A stretch of 63,682 nt of DNA, the filler included, from Asterionella formosa (taxonomy: Eukaryota): the NCBI GenBank assembly GCA_002256025.1. It is 10 parts of 10 records of this genome, joined end to end, with 100 filler letters (N's around TTAATTAATTAA, not from the genome) between each part and the next. Parts side by side here need not be neighbours in the genome. Positions count along the whole stretch, not along the records: positions 1 to 1,137 come from NKIB01004108.1; positions 1,238 to 2,373 come from NKIB01004109.1; positions 2,474 to 20,750 come from NKIB01004110.1; 7 more parts are not named here. The stretch is one strand, 5' to 3'. A program made the position numbers and the translations under genes. The notes under the pieces were generated by a model. The model did no database searches, was not told the DNA's origin, and saw nothing but the letters and a program-made list of their open reading frames with translations. Positions 1 through 12,639 of this stretch are shown here, piece after piece (position 1 is the stretch's first letter; each line of letters starts with the position of its first letter).

Positions 1-555
1 TACTGGTGTCAGGCTACTACAGCGATGCGCATGGTTGCAGAAACCAGACCATTTACGCTACATAACGATGTAGGTCAAGATTGGGTTCAGCTTTTCCCTT
101 CTTATTTTGGTCTTCGATTGTGTGGTGATGGAAAGTCAATGTTGCCTGCTGGTGTGTAAGTACTACAATGATTCACAATGCATACGTCTCCATTGGAACT
201 CTTATTTTTTATTTTTATCATTTCTAACCCAAAACAATTTTTTCTATTTCTCATTTGATGCTACTTATTACATCGCATTGCATACTTTGGTTGCTCCAAA
301 CATCATGTTCAATTTGCATTGATGTTGCATGTTACAATCATTCTCGTGTGTTTTACGCTTGTTGTACCATCTCCATGCATATTACCGTTATTTTGGTTGT
401 CATGCTAAAATCGGCAATTTTATTGCCGAAAAATTCGATGTGCCCCATATTGCCCTTAAATAAAAATTACTTAAGAAATTACTTAGAGACTAAAAATTAC
501 TTAGAAGTACCCGAATGGCAAGACGATAGCTGGAGCGGGAATTGCTAGTACACTA
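1..555 (+). repeat. Dispersed non-coding repeat, copy 1 (copy 2 at 24827-25357)
   Basis: Near-identical to 24827-25357, from TACTGGTGTCAGGCTACTACAGCG to GATAGCTGGAGC...CTAGTRCACTA, with scattered substitutions and small indels. Confidence 0.95.
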
Positions 556-802
556 GCTTTCACTACGGTCTTAAAAGGTTGCACTGGGGGTTGAATTTTT
601 TTTCATGTACCACCCTGGTAGGTACCGTAAATTAGGGTGGGACTGATGTTGAAATCAGTTGGAACCATAAATAATGATAGATACGTCGCAAAAGGGCCAC
701 ACACCACTCCACTCACCTAAGGTCATTGGCTTAAAGTGTGACGAGCCATTGCTCTCCTGCTTTCTCGTCTACTGATAGTAGTCTTTCGCTTTGCCAGAAA
801 CA

Positions 803-1137
803 ATGATGCACCGGAATTGCGTTCTCGTTTGGTTGGCGTGGCTCGGTACCGAATCCTCTGCCTTCGCGCCACTTCCCCGTTTCTTCAGTCGACACAACCT
901 TGACTCCAAGACTAATACAGCTCTCTCCATGGGAAAAGGCCTGAACAAGGCGAAAAACTCGCAAGCCGATCTCGCCAAAAAAATGGCGTTGGCGAAACAA
1001 CAGCGTGATGGCGCCGATCTCTCGGAGCCAGTCAAATTGGCGGACATAACAACTGCCAAGCTATCGGACGAAGAAATCAAGAAAAGGAACGATATGCTTC
1101 GATTCGACCAACTCTTGAAGACTGCTGGATCGGTTAT
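803..1137 (+). CDS. Nuclear-encoded plastid-targeted protein of unknown function, 3'-truncated by contig end
   Basis: MMHRNCVLVWLAWLGTESS-AFAP: signal peptide followed by the diatom ASAFAP-type cleavage motif and an S/T/R-rich transit peptide, then mature MGKGLNKAKNSQADLAKKM. Confidence 0.8.
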
Positions 1138-1237
1138 NNNNNNNNNNNNNNNNNNNNNNNNNNNNNNNNNNNNNNNNNNNNTTAATTAATTAANNNNNNN
1201 NNNNNNNNNNNNNNNNNNNNNNNNNNNNNNNNNNNNN
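1138..1237. other. Artificial contig spacer (44N-TTAATTAATTAA-44N); identical spacers at 2374-2473, 20751-20850, 21987-22086, 23232-23331, 24467-24566, 42845-42944, 44080-44179, 45315-45414
   Basis: Nine identical 100-nt N blocks carrying a six-frame stop linker. Composition changes abruptly across them. Contigs between them are either about 1.14 kb or about 18.3 kb. Confidence 0.99.
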
Positions 1238-1630
1238 AAACCCATTGATGCAAACAAGAACCGCAATGCGATTGCTGCAATTCTTTCAAAGATGCAAATG
1301 AATGAACAGAATGCTGACATTCAAATAAAATGTTGTTCAGAACTTTGGGACTTGGCTTTGAATGGCAACAACAAGGTGACGATGGCTGATGCAGGAGGTA
1401 TCACTACCATTCTGTCTGCAATGAAGACTCATTCCTCCAATGCTACTGTGCAAGAGCATGGTTGTGCAGCACTTCAGAACTTGGCTTCGAATGAAAACAA
1501 CAGAGTGAAGATATCCAATGCTGGTGGAAAAGCCGTAATTGAGTCTTCTATGCTAAATTACTCATCCAATGCTGGTGTTCAAGAAAAAGGTAATGGAGCA
1601 CTTCGCAATTTGACCCATTGTGGGAAATGA
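1238..1630 (+). CDS. Armadillo-repeat protein, C-terminal fragment
   Basis: Three ARM-like units (AGGITTILSAMKTH..VQEHGCAALQNLA; AGGKAVIESSMLNY..VQEKGNGALRNL). Frame is open from the contig edge. Confidence 0.85.
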   Translation, partial: KPIDANKNRNAIAAILSKMQMNEQNADIQIKCCSELWDLALNGNNKVTMADAGGITTILSAMKTHSSNATVQEHGCAALQNLASNENNRVKISNAGGKAVIESSMLNYSSNAGVQEKGNGALRNLTHCGK

Positions 1631-2473
1631 TCATCATGGTAATAATTAGGAGGATCAACTAGTATTTATTATTGTAATTACGGAACTGTTATGTTTTGAT
1701 TATCAACAAGTAGGGTATGTTTTTGTTAAACTGTTTGTTGAAATTTACGTTTACACTCTTCTTTATGGATGTTTCCCTGATTTTGATACATTCATGGTGA
1801 GCGATGCTCGTTTTGTAAACACGTTCATTTTGCATACAGAAGGATCCATCAACATGGACATGGAGACGGAGATGAATATACGTACCGGTGGTTAAGATAT
1901 GAACAGGCTACATACAATATATTCTACACACGATTGTAGCACAGGACGGAATCCAGAATCCGTTCGTCTGCCATACTTGATGTCGAAATCAACAGAAAGA
2001 CATGATAAATAATATTTATTATATAGTTATTGGAAAAAGATATTTCGTCGCTCTCTTTTTATAAACCCTTAAACCCTAGCCTACATAGCCTTCATATAAA
2101 CCACCAATATTTATTGCTACATGGAAATCAGTTGGGTTGATGACACTGCCATGACGGCTGCTACTCATACTTAATACTCATACATGCACTGCATCATTGT
2201 GTTCGAATCGACTCTGATGCCTCAACCATAGCTGTTGGAGCCTATTGAGGACAATACAGAGGAGGGACTGGACGGCCCTATACAGGTGTTCTACGGCGCT
2301 GCGCATTTGCGCTCTTGAACAATCACTCTCATTAACACTCACTCAACATACATGATCATGTCAAGGTGAGATTNNNNNNNNNNNNNNNNNNNNNNNNNNN
2401 NNNNNNNNNNNNNNNNNTTAATTAATTAANNNNNNNNNNNNNNNNNNNNNNNNNNNNNNNNNNNNNNNNNNNN

Positions 2474-5400
2474 TATGACTTGTTGCTATGCGGTGCATCA
2501 ATGGCTTGCTTGAACTGTTCACTTGTGGCTGCCCGGCGTTGTCGGAGATTATATGGTCTGTGTTCCTCTTCCGCCAACGCTCCTTGATCTGCCACCTCGT
2601 AGTCGTTGTCAGAACCCGTTTCTTGATTGGCTTCTTCAATGATCGCTGTCTCTTCCATAGGCGCCCCTTGTTCCAAGTGCGCTCCTTGGTTTTCGTTGTG
2701 TTCTTGTTGTATGTAGTCATTGTAGACAAACGCGACGTCATCAATGTCGATCGTGTTTGTGTTTGGGTCTCCTGGGTTCGGCTCGACTGGATTTGGCTCG
2801 GCTAGCGGTGCATCGTCCAAAGCCGTAGGGTGTGGCCCATCATGGAGCAGATCGGCAACTTCGTGATCATCGATGGCATCAAAGTCCGCGGGGTTAAAAT
2901 CGTCAATAGGTTGGCGTGCGGCAGGCTCGTAGTCCCGGTCGTATTCGTCGTTGTCGATGTGGTGATTGGCGCGCCATTATACAACTAGGCCTCTGACCTG
3001 GATGGGGGGCTGCCCCTCGTGTACCGAGAGCGCCTCCACGCGGGCAATGGCGGTGTCCGTCATGGGCAACTCCGTCCAGTTGTGTCGGGAAATATTTTTG
3101 CCAGTTGCGAGAGACATGAAGTAGTAGTCACCTTGGGCATTGCCAGTGGGGGTGAGGGCAATTGCCCCGAGGGAACGCGCTTGAAGGGTGTTGGATGGGT
3201 CGTTGTCTTCAAAAACTTGGACGTAGGTCCCAAACTCAATGCGCATTTGGTTGTATTCTGGGTTGGCCGCGCCCGTGACAATGCATGCAGGGATCATGGT
3301 GTCTGAGATGCCGTTTGCCCATGGGAACTGGTTTAGACATCGAACGGCATCGATCACCTTATGGTTGATGATCACCCGTGGAAGACGCTTGAATGGTAGG
3401 CCGTGTGCACACGAGCGTAGTCGCTCCTTGATGGTTCGGATGGACCGTTCCACTTCACCAACGTGACTGTCAGCAGGTACTATGTTTAATGCAATAGGTG
3501 GCAAGTTCTCACGAACGCACTCGAGTTCACTGTCAGCATGCACATCACAAACCTGTAGACCGCGTAGGTGGTAGAGGCGGACCGCACTCCGAATTTTGCG
3601 TAGAATGGTAGTCTTGGTCCGGTCGGGAACCAGGTCCACGGTTCGGAAACCAATACCGCGTGAGATGGTATGAAAAAATGGTAGACCCTGCACAAAGAAG
3701 AATCGGCGCACAACGTCACGTTGTGGTGATGCTCCAGGATTGGGGCAGGAATCGGTTCGGCCACAAACGTTGGCGCTCTTGGAGCGGCGCGCGACCGCGT
3801 AGTTTTACCTTTTATGGCAGCGATGTCTGGACCGTAAATAATGAGGGCGCGCTTGGCGTCGTCTGGCGTCACTGGGCTATTTCTAATCAAGTTGTTCCGT
3901 AGGATGGATTGGAATTCCGCCTCGGCAGGCCGCCCGATCTTTCTATACAAATCTCTGGCTGCATTGGCTGATTGAATTTCACGTCGTGAGAATAGTTTTT
4001 TCTGTTCTGCTACTGTGGATAGCATGGTATAAGCTGTAACACTGTCGTTAGTATCGTTGTTACAACTAAACACATATAGTCCTGAGGGGTGCTCAAGAAA
4101 TTTCATCACAGTTCCATCGAGTCTATGGACAAACATCGCGGGCTTGTCCGCAGAGTCCATGGTGACGCGGCATACCTTGCGCACCTCAGCAAGGGAGAGG
4201 ATGTTGGCAATTGATTCACGGTTGTACCAAACCTTACCCAAGTTGGGAAAATCTTCTACCATGTTGGAGTCCTGGTAGCCTCCGTTTGTGAGCACCCTGA
4301 GTACGTAAGAGCTACGCCGGATGTTGCTGAGCATGTCGGCGTTCTTGAACACGGAGATTGTCGACTGCGAGTCGAGAAGGATCCACTTAGGATCAATCCC
4401 AGGGTCGCCGGTCTGTGCAAGCATGTATGCATACTGCGTCAATATAGTGCCTGAGGTCGTCGATCCCTGCCTGTCAGGGCAGTCTCCCGCGTAGTGTCCT
4501 AGGCTTTGGCAGTTGTAGCAGATGATGCCATCATGTAACACTCCATTATTGCCTGCGATTTCGCCACGTTGTGCAAACGTCATTGCACCGGACTCAGGGC
4601 TTCCAGTCGGCTGGGAGCGTGGTGTGTCTGTCCTGACGCTGGTGTTCGTTGGAGTTCTGTAGTTGACGAGAAGGCTTTGGGCTGACAACAAATCGGTGGG
4701 GTACTGGTCAATTCCCATTGCATACTGGTTAGACAGGTCAGTGATGAGGGTGCCATACCTGGTGGGGTCGGCACTTCGAATCAAAGCGATTGCAAGGGTG
4801 CGTTCACGTGCGATCTCCTTTCGCTCTTCAGTGCTAAGCCCATTCCCGTCCTGATCCTGGAAGGGTACCAGTTTGTAACTTGCTGCCACGGTGCCGCCAT
4901 GGTACTCGATGGTCTCAGCCCATCCTCACAAACACTCGACGTAGTCTTCTGCGGACTGCCCTTGTAACTGACGGCAATTGAGGAAACTGGTCTGGGCGTC
5001 CAAAAGTGCAATGAAACCATTCCTGCTCTTATCGAACTGTAAAGTAATCGACTTGATCTGTTTTAGAAGCCAAAAACAATCGTTGTTGGCAGTCTTGTCC
5101 TTTTAGTCGTCGTGCGTTTTGACCTTTGCCTTCATGTCATCACTACACTGGCCCCAAATCACCGCATACACTGTTGCTAGGTTGCTCTTCAGGGTATGAT
5201 TGCGCTTGACATACGTTTTTACTTCTTCTGCGAAAATCATTTTCATGGTCAGTCCTGCATTGTCATCTAGGTCATCTGGCATGTCTACCATGGGAACCGC
5301 CATGGTGTCGGCAAACAAAGGGGCAAGGTCTTCAGAGTACTTCAGTGTTTTCCTCACATATCCGTCTAGAACTTCTAACGTTTTGGCGTACTGGCGTCTG

Positions 5401-6119
5401 TCACTTTGTTCTTCATAGCATTCAAATACGTTTCCGTTCATGCCCTCTATGCTGCCCTTAAAAATGCCACGGTTGTTGCTTGTCGCTTGTGTCCTTGCCC
5501 AGCCGCCACGGCTCCCGCGCGGACGGTTGTCCCTTCGCCCTCTCCCACTGGTGCTGCCGCATCCACTCGCTAAGCTGCCGCTTGTTGTTGCCTCTGGGGT
5601 GGCGCTCATGGGGTTCGTTGGTTCCTTGATTGGTGGCTGCGGCCTTCAGCTGCGCTACTCGAATCTATAAAGTGTTCAAAACTTCGGTTGAAATGTCGAA
5701 ACTCCAGCCTTCCATGTGAATGGCTGTTCCTTTTGTTTTATTTTATTTTTATTTTATCTCGAAACAATGTTGTAACAACTACCGTATTCGACCGTATCGT
5801 AGGCCTTGAACCTAGTACTGTGTTAATCGAATACAGTTGATGAAATTGATAGCAACGAGGAAGTTGTCAAACTTAAACTTTCACTTTACTAACTGGATTG
5901 TTTCGAGATAATGGTCTCGAAACACTCTTATTACTCACATTGCATTTTAACATTTTTTCCTGACCTCTGATTGCTTTTCCTTGCGTTGTGCCTTTTACCA
6001 CGTCGGCCCAGGTAAATCTTGGTAGCGGCTGTACCTTTTTCACTGTAGTACTGTTCTCTCTCGTCTCCACTATACCCTTCACGCCTGTCCTGTGGCAGTC
6101 AGCTCGCATTTTTCCAACA
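2474..6119 (-). mobile_element. Ty1/Copia LTR retrotransposon (diatom CoDi-type), 5' half: LTR, gag, protease, integrase; RT/RNaseH lie beyond the contig end
   Basis: Gag from 5609, zinc knuckle CYNCQSLGHYAGDC, protease WILLDSQST, integrase core (VHADSE...HVGEVERSIRTIKER) in Copia order. Disabled by stops at ~5103, ~4925 and ~2977 and a frameshift near 3705. Confidence 0.92.
5768..6119 (-). repeat. Putative 5' LTR (352 bp) of the Copia element
   Basis: Bounded by inverted TGTTG...CAACA termini (5768 and 6119), about 160 bp upstream of the gag ATG. The older integrase remnant stops at its outer edge. No second LTR is in the window to confirm it. Confidence 0.7.
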
Positions 6120-7370
6120 CAACCATTCTTGGCCACCACAGAGCAGATGCATGCAAAAGGGACCACTTCCTCCTGGCTAGGTCTGTCTTGAAGGTCCCTT
6201 CTCCTCTTTTTGGCTATTCCATACTGAAAATGGGCATTCACACTACCATAAGTGACCGTTTGCTTTTTCCCCTCAAAATCTGGAATGAATGAATTATCAA
6301 AAAATCGTATGTTATCAGCATGATAATGCTTTATTTTTATACCAAATGACTCACTTTATCTTTGAAACGCTCTCTTTGCTTGCCTTGACTCTATCATCTG
6401 ATGTGAGCGACCTTTGAAGGTGAAACATAGGTAAATCGACTACGATGATCAACAAAAACAGTTGCGGAATTATATATTTGAGTCATTGGTATGATACTCT
6501 TCAGCTGAGCGATGAATCCCAGTGTCAGCGATTTAAGATGATTGATGGACACGCATTTTCCAGGATGAATAATAGTGTAATTTTTTCAAATGGTATTCAG
6601 TGGTGGTCTTTTCGATCGCCATAATTTTCAGATATCCTTTCGAAACTGGTAGTAAGCGGCACCCCTGGGAATTTGACAATCCAACCATCTCTTGGGTAGA
6701 TATCTTGTTTTGACCATGGTTCTCAGGTTTCTGAAGGGTAAATGCGCAAACTGGCAATGGACTCTCAACAACTCTGCCATTGCTGACATCCCGTTTTCTC
6801 CTTCATCAGGCAGTTGCAACTTCAATTGTTGCTCTCCAATGATGGAAATCCATTGTATTCTGCATGCTATCATTACTAGCAGCTTCAAAAATGAATTGGT
6901 TTGCGGCAGCCCTCGCTTTGTTCAATTGTTGATTTTGATTTGCGGGGAACCATTTAAGGTCAGCATTGTCATCAAGATCAAAAGGTAAAATTGTGTGTCC
7001 CTGTTGATACTCATTTTCAGAGTCTTCATTGTCTGACACAAAATTCATGCTGCAGCAGACAGGTTGTGTTTGTCTCACTTGATCTGTATGTTGTTGAGCT
7101 CTAAAGGCTACACATGTCTTGGTTCCTGTTGCTGTTCTGACACAAGCTACATTCGAGGCTTGGTCCAGTTGAATGGTCCAGTGTTACTTGATTCCCCCTT
7201 CCCAATGTAATTAGACCTTGTCATTGTATGTGGCACACCAAGCTCCATTCACTAAACCATTGTTGTCCTTGGAAGCTTGGCTCCAATGCTGCATTGGTGA
7301 AAACATTCTGCATGGGGTATCTTTAGCAAAATAGGTATCAGGAATCAGGAAGGAATGTCGCTTGCCCACC
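6120..7370 (-). pseudogene. Older, heavily degraded Copia pol remnant (pre-integrase and integrase core) of a different family
   Basis: Fragments LIPDTYF..SPMQHWSQ, HCQFAHLPFRNLRTMVK..LPKR..CQIP (HHCC-like), IKHYHADN and VNAHFQYGIAKKRRRDLQD, with many stops and frameshifts. Confidence 0.75.
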
Positions 7371-8289
7371 GTCTGCAAATAAAAACTATCATATTTCCAT
7401 GATGTATCATAGGATTGTGATCATCTGATCATAATTTTTCTTTATATCATCTAATAATTTTGATAAATGCCCTTGTAATTTAAATAGTAACCCTTTGGAC
7501 TACATATATTTAATTATTATATGTATGGTTTCTATTAGATTCCTGTATTCGAATTTCTTGGTAGAATAATGTACCAGCTGAAGTAATGTAATTTGGCTCG
7601 TCATTTCCATCCGTCATCACTCCGATTTTTGCAACAACAACGAAATACTAGCGATGACAAGTGGAATGATTGTTTGCGATAACGACGTCTTCAATTAATG
7701 GTCAAGTGATCATTATATCTTTGAGTAATTTTCATGTGCAATGAACCTTTGTTCATAATCATTCAATTAAGAGATTACAGAGAAGAAATCATTCGAACTC
7801 GTAATGGTTCATTAACATGCTGTGTCTCATTGAATCTTTTCATTGTGTGTCTGCAAATAAAAACTATCATATTTCCATGATGCATCATAAGATTGTGATC
7901 ATCTGATCATAATTTTTCGTTATATCATCTAATAATTTTGATAAATGCCCTTGCAATTTAAATAGTAACCCTTTTGACTACATATATTTAATTATTATTT
8001 GTATTGTTTCTATTAGATTCCTGTATTCGAATTTCTTGGTAGGATAATGTACCAGCTGAAGTAATGTAATTGGGCTCGTCATTTCCATCCGTCATCACTC
8101 TGATTTTTGCAACAACAACGCAAATTCTAGCGATCACAAGTGGAATGATTGTTTGCGATAACGACGTCTTCAATTGTTGGTCATGTGATCATTATATCTT
8201 TGAGTAATCATCATGTGCAGTGAGTTTTTGTTCATAATCATTCAATTAAGAGATTACAGAGAAGAAATCATTCAAACTTGTAATGGTTC
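7371..8289 (+). repeat. Tandem duplication of a ~440-bp AT-rich unit (7371-7810 and 7849-8289)
   Basis: Both copies run GTCTGCAAATAAAAACTATCAT ... GTAATGGTTC with scattered substitutions; rich in ATCAT/ATGAT. Confidence 0.95.
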
Positions 8290-9243
8290 CGTACACAGCG
8301 CACATTGTGAATCCGTTTCGTCGACCACCAGCATTACAATCTCGCCAATCAACCCGTAAACAAACACATTCTACTTGTTCTCGTTGACATTTTCAATTCT
8401 CACATGATGCTACATCTACTATTGAGATTCAGCATAGTCTTGAATCAATTCGTTGACACAATCACAAGGACCAGCGTACCCATTACAGTCACTCACTGGT
8501 GACCCCGCCCATCCCCAGATTCTAGCACATTAGCTACTCTGCCTTTCCCTCTCCTCCTACTACCACCCTCCAAGAGTATCTAGCTCACCTCCCTGAGTCG
8601 GAAACCTATTATCTAGGCAACTGTCCGTTGCCTCAAACCTGATCAGTGTGTGTGTATGAGCACTGTCGACTTGTGTACATTACAGGAGTGACTTAGCTAC
8701 TAAAGTGCGTGTTATAATATCATACTCCGTAGTACGATGAAGAATACAATTCCTAATCATCTCATCATGATTGATAAGATGGTAATGTGATATCACGATA
8801 GGGTTACATCGATGCATACATCACCAAAGTATGATACGTAATATTGAATGAAGTAGATCAAATAGCTATGATGCATTGATCATAGAACTATGATGATTTC
8901 TTAAAATGTTTATGATTTAATTTTGATCAAAATATGATCATGTTGAAATAATACAATGATAATAAAATACGATAAAATATGTACGCAAGTGTTATCAAAA
9001 TATCATAGAAAATTAATAAAAAAATCATAAAGTATGTTACTTAATATATAAATTCGACTTTAAATGTATACAGTAAAAGCCAACAGTTAATATGATAGTA
9101 TTATAAGGTGTATAGGATCTAAGTATACGTATGCATTGATATGTACATCACTATAATATGATTTGTGATATGGATTGATGCATATCACATACCAGTATCC
9201 TCAACAACAACCAGCCATCACGTTCGTTGTTGTGTCGTTTTTC

Positions 9244-10736
9244 CTTGTTTTGATAAGTGGTTTCCCACCAATGTCGACAAAATCAGTAGAATGACGAATA
9301 TCCTTCTCTGAGTTTTCGTGGGTATCTGGATTGAAAACCAAATAATTTTGTTGCAATCGGAATTTTCCTTTCAGCACCAAGAAGCAAAATGCTTCTGTAC
9401 TGGCATTGATCAGCGAACCAACAAAACGTGATTGCAATTCACACTGCGCCCAAAGACTGTGTTGAAATTTGGTCAAACCAGATTTGTCTCCTGTTAAAAA
9501 TGGTTCTGCACGGCTTGTCCTGCCTATAGAAAACATAATGGAGCAAGAACATCACGCCAGACTTGGTATCCTTGGCTTCCCCTGTCAATGTCCTTTGACT
9601 GCGCAAAACGATAAAGCGTGAACGCCCACCTAATAAAGTCATCAATATCCATAGTCTGGAGGTTATATTCTGTTAGAGCGACCAGCTGGTGTGTCATGAA
9701 TTATGTTAGCATTTTTAAATTCAAACATATTAAATAAGAATATAATCACCAACTCCCACCTTTCAAGAACTTACCTACCTAAGATTCCTTTAAAATGATT
9801 ATTCAATACATTCTGACATTCTCTAGTTCAACTTTTTAATGCACATGCCACCAAATGTTGATTTGATGTAATCTTAATGTGCCTTTTGGGACCAGAAAAA
9901 ACTCATTAGATATATATTGTGTTTTACAGTACCTGCAATTCACGAACTCTAACCTCACATTTACATGTTTGCAGCAAAACTTCTTGGTCTTAAACATAAA
10001 GCTCACAGCCTTTGTGACAACTGATAGTTCGGTTCAATTTTGGCTAAGGGGAACGACGTTCTGATAAGGCTGCTGAAATTGAAGATTCTTGATAACCCCG
10101 CTCATATGGACGAGTTTTGAACCAAATTACGACCTTTGTAGTGATTGCGTTCATTATCAATTGATAACATATTTTGGCAAGTTCAAATTGTTTTCCCCTC
10201 AGTTTGTCATTTTCTTGTATCAACATTTGAAAAGGAAACGTCATCATCAGCATCAATTACGGGACACTTGTACTAGTAGCTGATGGTGTCCCCATCGACG
10301 AAGGGGTAGTACCCCCACTAGCTCTCTCTCGCTGATTGGGTTGCTTTGGATAATCGCCTATTCGCTTTTTCTTTGTGAACTCATTTTGGTACTTGCTTCT
10401 TTGTTCCATAACGGCAGTATTTGCCACATGTCACTTGTTTCCATGAACCTCTTCATGGCTTTTTACTAGATAACTGTTGTCGTTGCCTTCCTTATAGTTC
10501 GATGATCTTAAAATCAGGTGTTGCTAGCTACAATGAAATGAATCATCAGCCACTACATATAATATTTACGCTGTCTAGATATGATACCATAAAACCAACA
10601 GTGCTATTTACATTATCATATAAAAAATCAGAACCAACTTTGAGTAATAGCATAACTTGTTTTCAATTATACGATTATATGATCCTGAAACTATGATGAT
10701 TTACTGTCCCACTGTAGTAGCAACAGTCTTGAACAT
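9244..10736 (-). pseudogene. Degraded accessory gene of the large transposon, copy A (direct repeat of 16797-18649)
   Basis: Aligns to 16797-18649 but lacks ~17450-17670 and ~18003-18097. Both copies encode SLINASTEAFCFLVLKGKFRLQQ. Confidence 0.7.
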
Positions 10737-12557
10737 ATGATGAAGAAACTTATGAAATCAATCGAAGATTCCTTTGAATACAATCAAAGATCAGATAAAT
10801 TTGAACCGTTGTTCCTCGAGGATGAAGACTCTATTCCTACAGAGTCACAGTTCCATCCAGAGTCGTATTTTGCTTATTCTCTTGAAATCGCTGATAATGA
10901 AGAAGAAATCAGTGACTATCATTCATTCGATGAACAAGTTCATGCGATGAATGAAAATACCGGCGGAAATGTGGGAGACATCACTTCTGAAGTAGAAATG
11001 GTTGAAAAGTTGCAAAACCAAGAAATATGTCTCACTATTCGTCCAGAACATCAGGATGAACATCATGAAAGCAGAGAAGCTATTGCATTTCTAAAAGAAA
11101 AGATATTAAAGAAAAATTCTGCGCTAGATTAAGACCTCGAAATCGCATGGACAACTAAAATTGTGGAAAGATTTGTACACAGGTACCCCGCAAGAGATAT
11201 GCAATTAGGCTTTTTTTTGGAGTCACAGGTGGTATCAAAAAATCATCTTCAGATTTTAACGATCTTGCATATTGCGACCTTGAAATAGTTACTATTACCT
11301 CTATGATCCACTATATAATTCATGAACTTCATTCAACTGATGTAAAGGTTATATTTGATCTGGATGGGAAGCAACCCAGAAAAGGGTAAAAAGACACCGT
11401 AGCTAGATATACCAAGGTGATTGTCATCCATTTCATTATGACAGTAACTACGTGCTAATTGTGTATTGCAAAAAAATCAGATGAGGAGGAAAACAATCAT
11501 TTTGTGCATCATCTTTTTGCTATAAATGATGGATTATGTCAAGTCAGTGATACAGGAAAAGATGCAAGTTTGGATGAACATTATGATCAAGTATTTCACT
11601 TTGCCCGTAAGTACTGCATCATCCCTGGATGCACGAAACAATTGGAATTGTCAAGCACCGATACAAAATATCTTCCACAAGAATCCCATACACCTGAAGA
11701 AATTGGTTTATCGGAATCTTTCTATACTGGCACCAAAGCATCATTGCATATCATTATGGCCACTGAACATGATTCCATATTTTTCAACCAGAGGTTGATA
11801 GTGGATGGTCATGTGGACCATTTACAATTGTGAAAGTATTGGAAACTCTATTGCAACTAGAAAGGAATGGCAAAACCAAATTTCTTGGCAACCGGGCTCA
11901 ATTCCGTTTGGAGACGGAGTCCTGGAAAGGTTTAAAACGTCAGGTGGTAGCAACTGATCGAACAGACGATTTGTTATCTGTAGACGATTTTTTATCTGTT
12001 ACATCTGACCCATCAACCAAGTCAACATACTTTCATCTTGGAACAGTACGGCCTCAAGTGACATCGATAAACATTCGTGAGGATATGTTTCAGTTGGAAA
12101 TAACTGTTCTTCAATTTTGTATCGACAAAATTTTGAGCTCCTATTTAGATTTCACAATGTTGAACGAAGTATTTGGACGACTTCCTTGCAATTCATTTTT
12201 CAAGAAGGATCATGTTGTCAAGGTGAAATCCATGATCCCACAAATGAATGAAAAAGTTGCTCCCTTCAAATGGTATAATCATGCACCTCTTGGCCAAATT
12301 TCTGGATGCATCAAAATTGACAAAAATTATTGACAAACATTTTGAAAAACTATTTTGTAACTGATGATAGCCCTTCTGGTATCAAATTGAAAAAGTTTAC
12401 AGACTCATATCGAACTGCAGTTGAAAAGTGGAGAAGAAAAATTTCGGACAAAACGAGAAGGACCATCTTAGGTTCTTTGGGAGTGAAAAGAAGAAATAAA
12501 GGATGGACCATTGGGATCATCCAATCTCATCATTCCTCAGGACATTATAGTTTGTGA
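10737..12557 (+). pseudogene. Degraded ORF of unknown function, convergent with the transposase
   Basis: Four consecutive same-strand ORF fragments (131, 124, 167 and 75 aa). Part of it (10895-11091) recurs in the deleted copy at 60711-60880. Confidence 0.5.
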
Positions 12558-12639
12558 AAACCTTCTAATAATTTAACTAGTATGTGAAACTATATTATCA
12601 CTATTATTTTTATTATTCTTGTGTATTTATCAATGTTCG

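Noticed and set aside
520..555. Helitron 3' end (CTAG followed by T) for the dispersed repeat
   Set aside because: Similarity between copies continues past CTAG, and no convincing subterminal hairpin is visible.
1138..1237. TTAATTAATTAA palindrome recurring nine times, and ORFs ending in X..LIN
   Set aside because: Artificial concatenation linker.
2062..2080. Telomere-like AAACCCT motifs (also AACCCTAG at ~47503 and ~51061)
   Set aside because: Only one or two units, internal and not arrayed.
5873..6241. 122-aa ORF as a real gene
   Set aside because: Chimera of the old integrase remnant and the LTR of the younger Copia.
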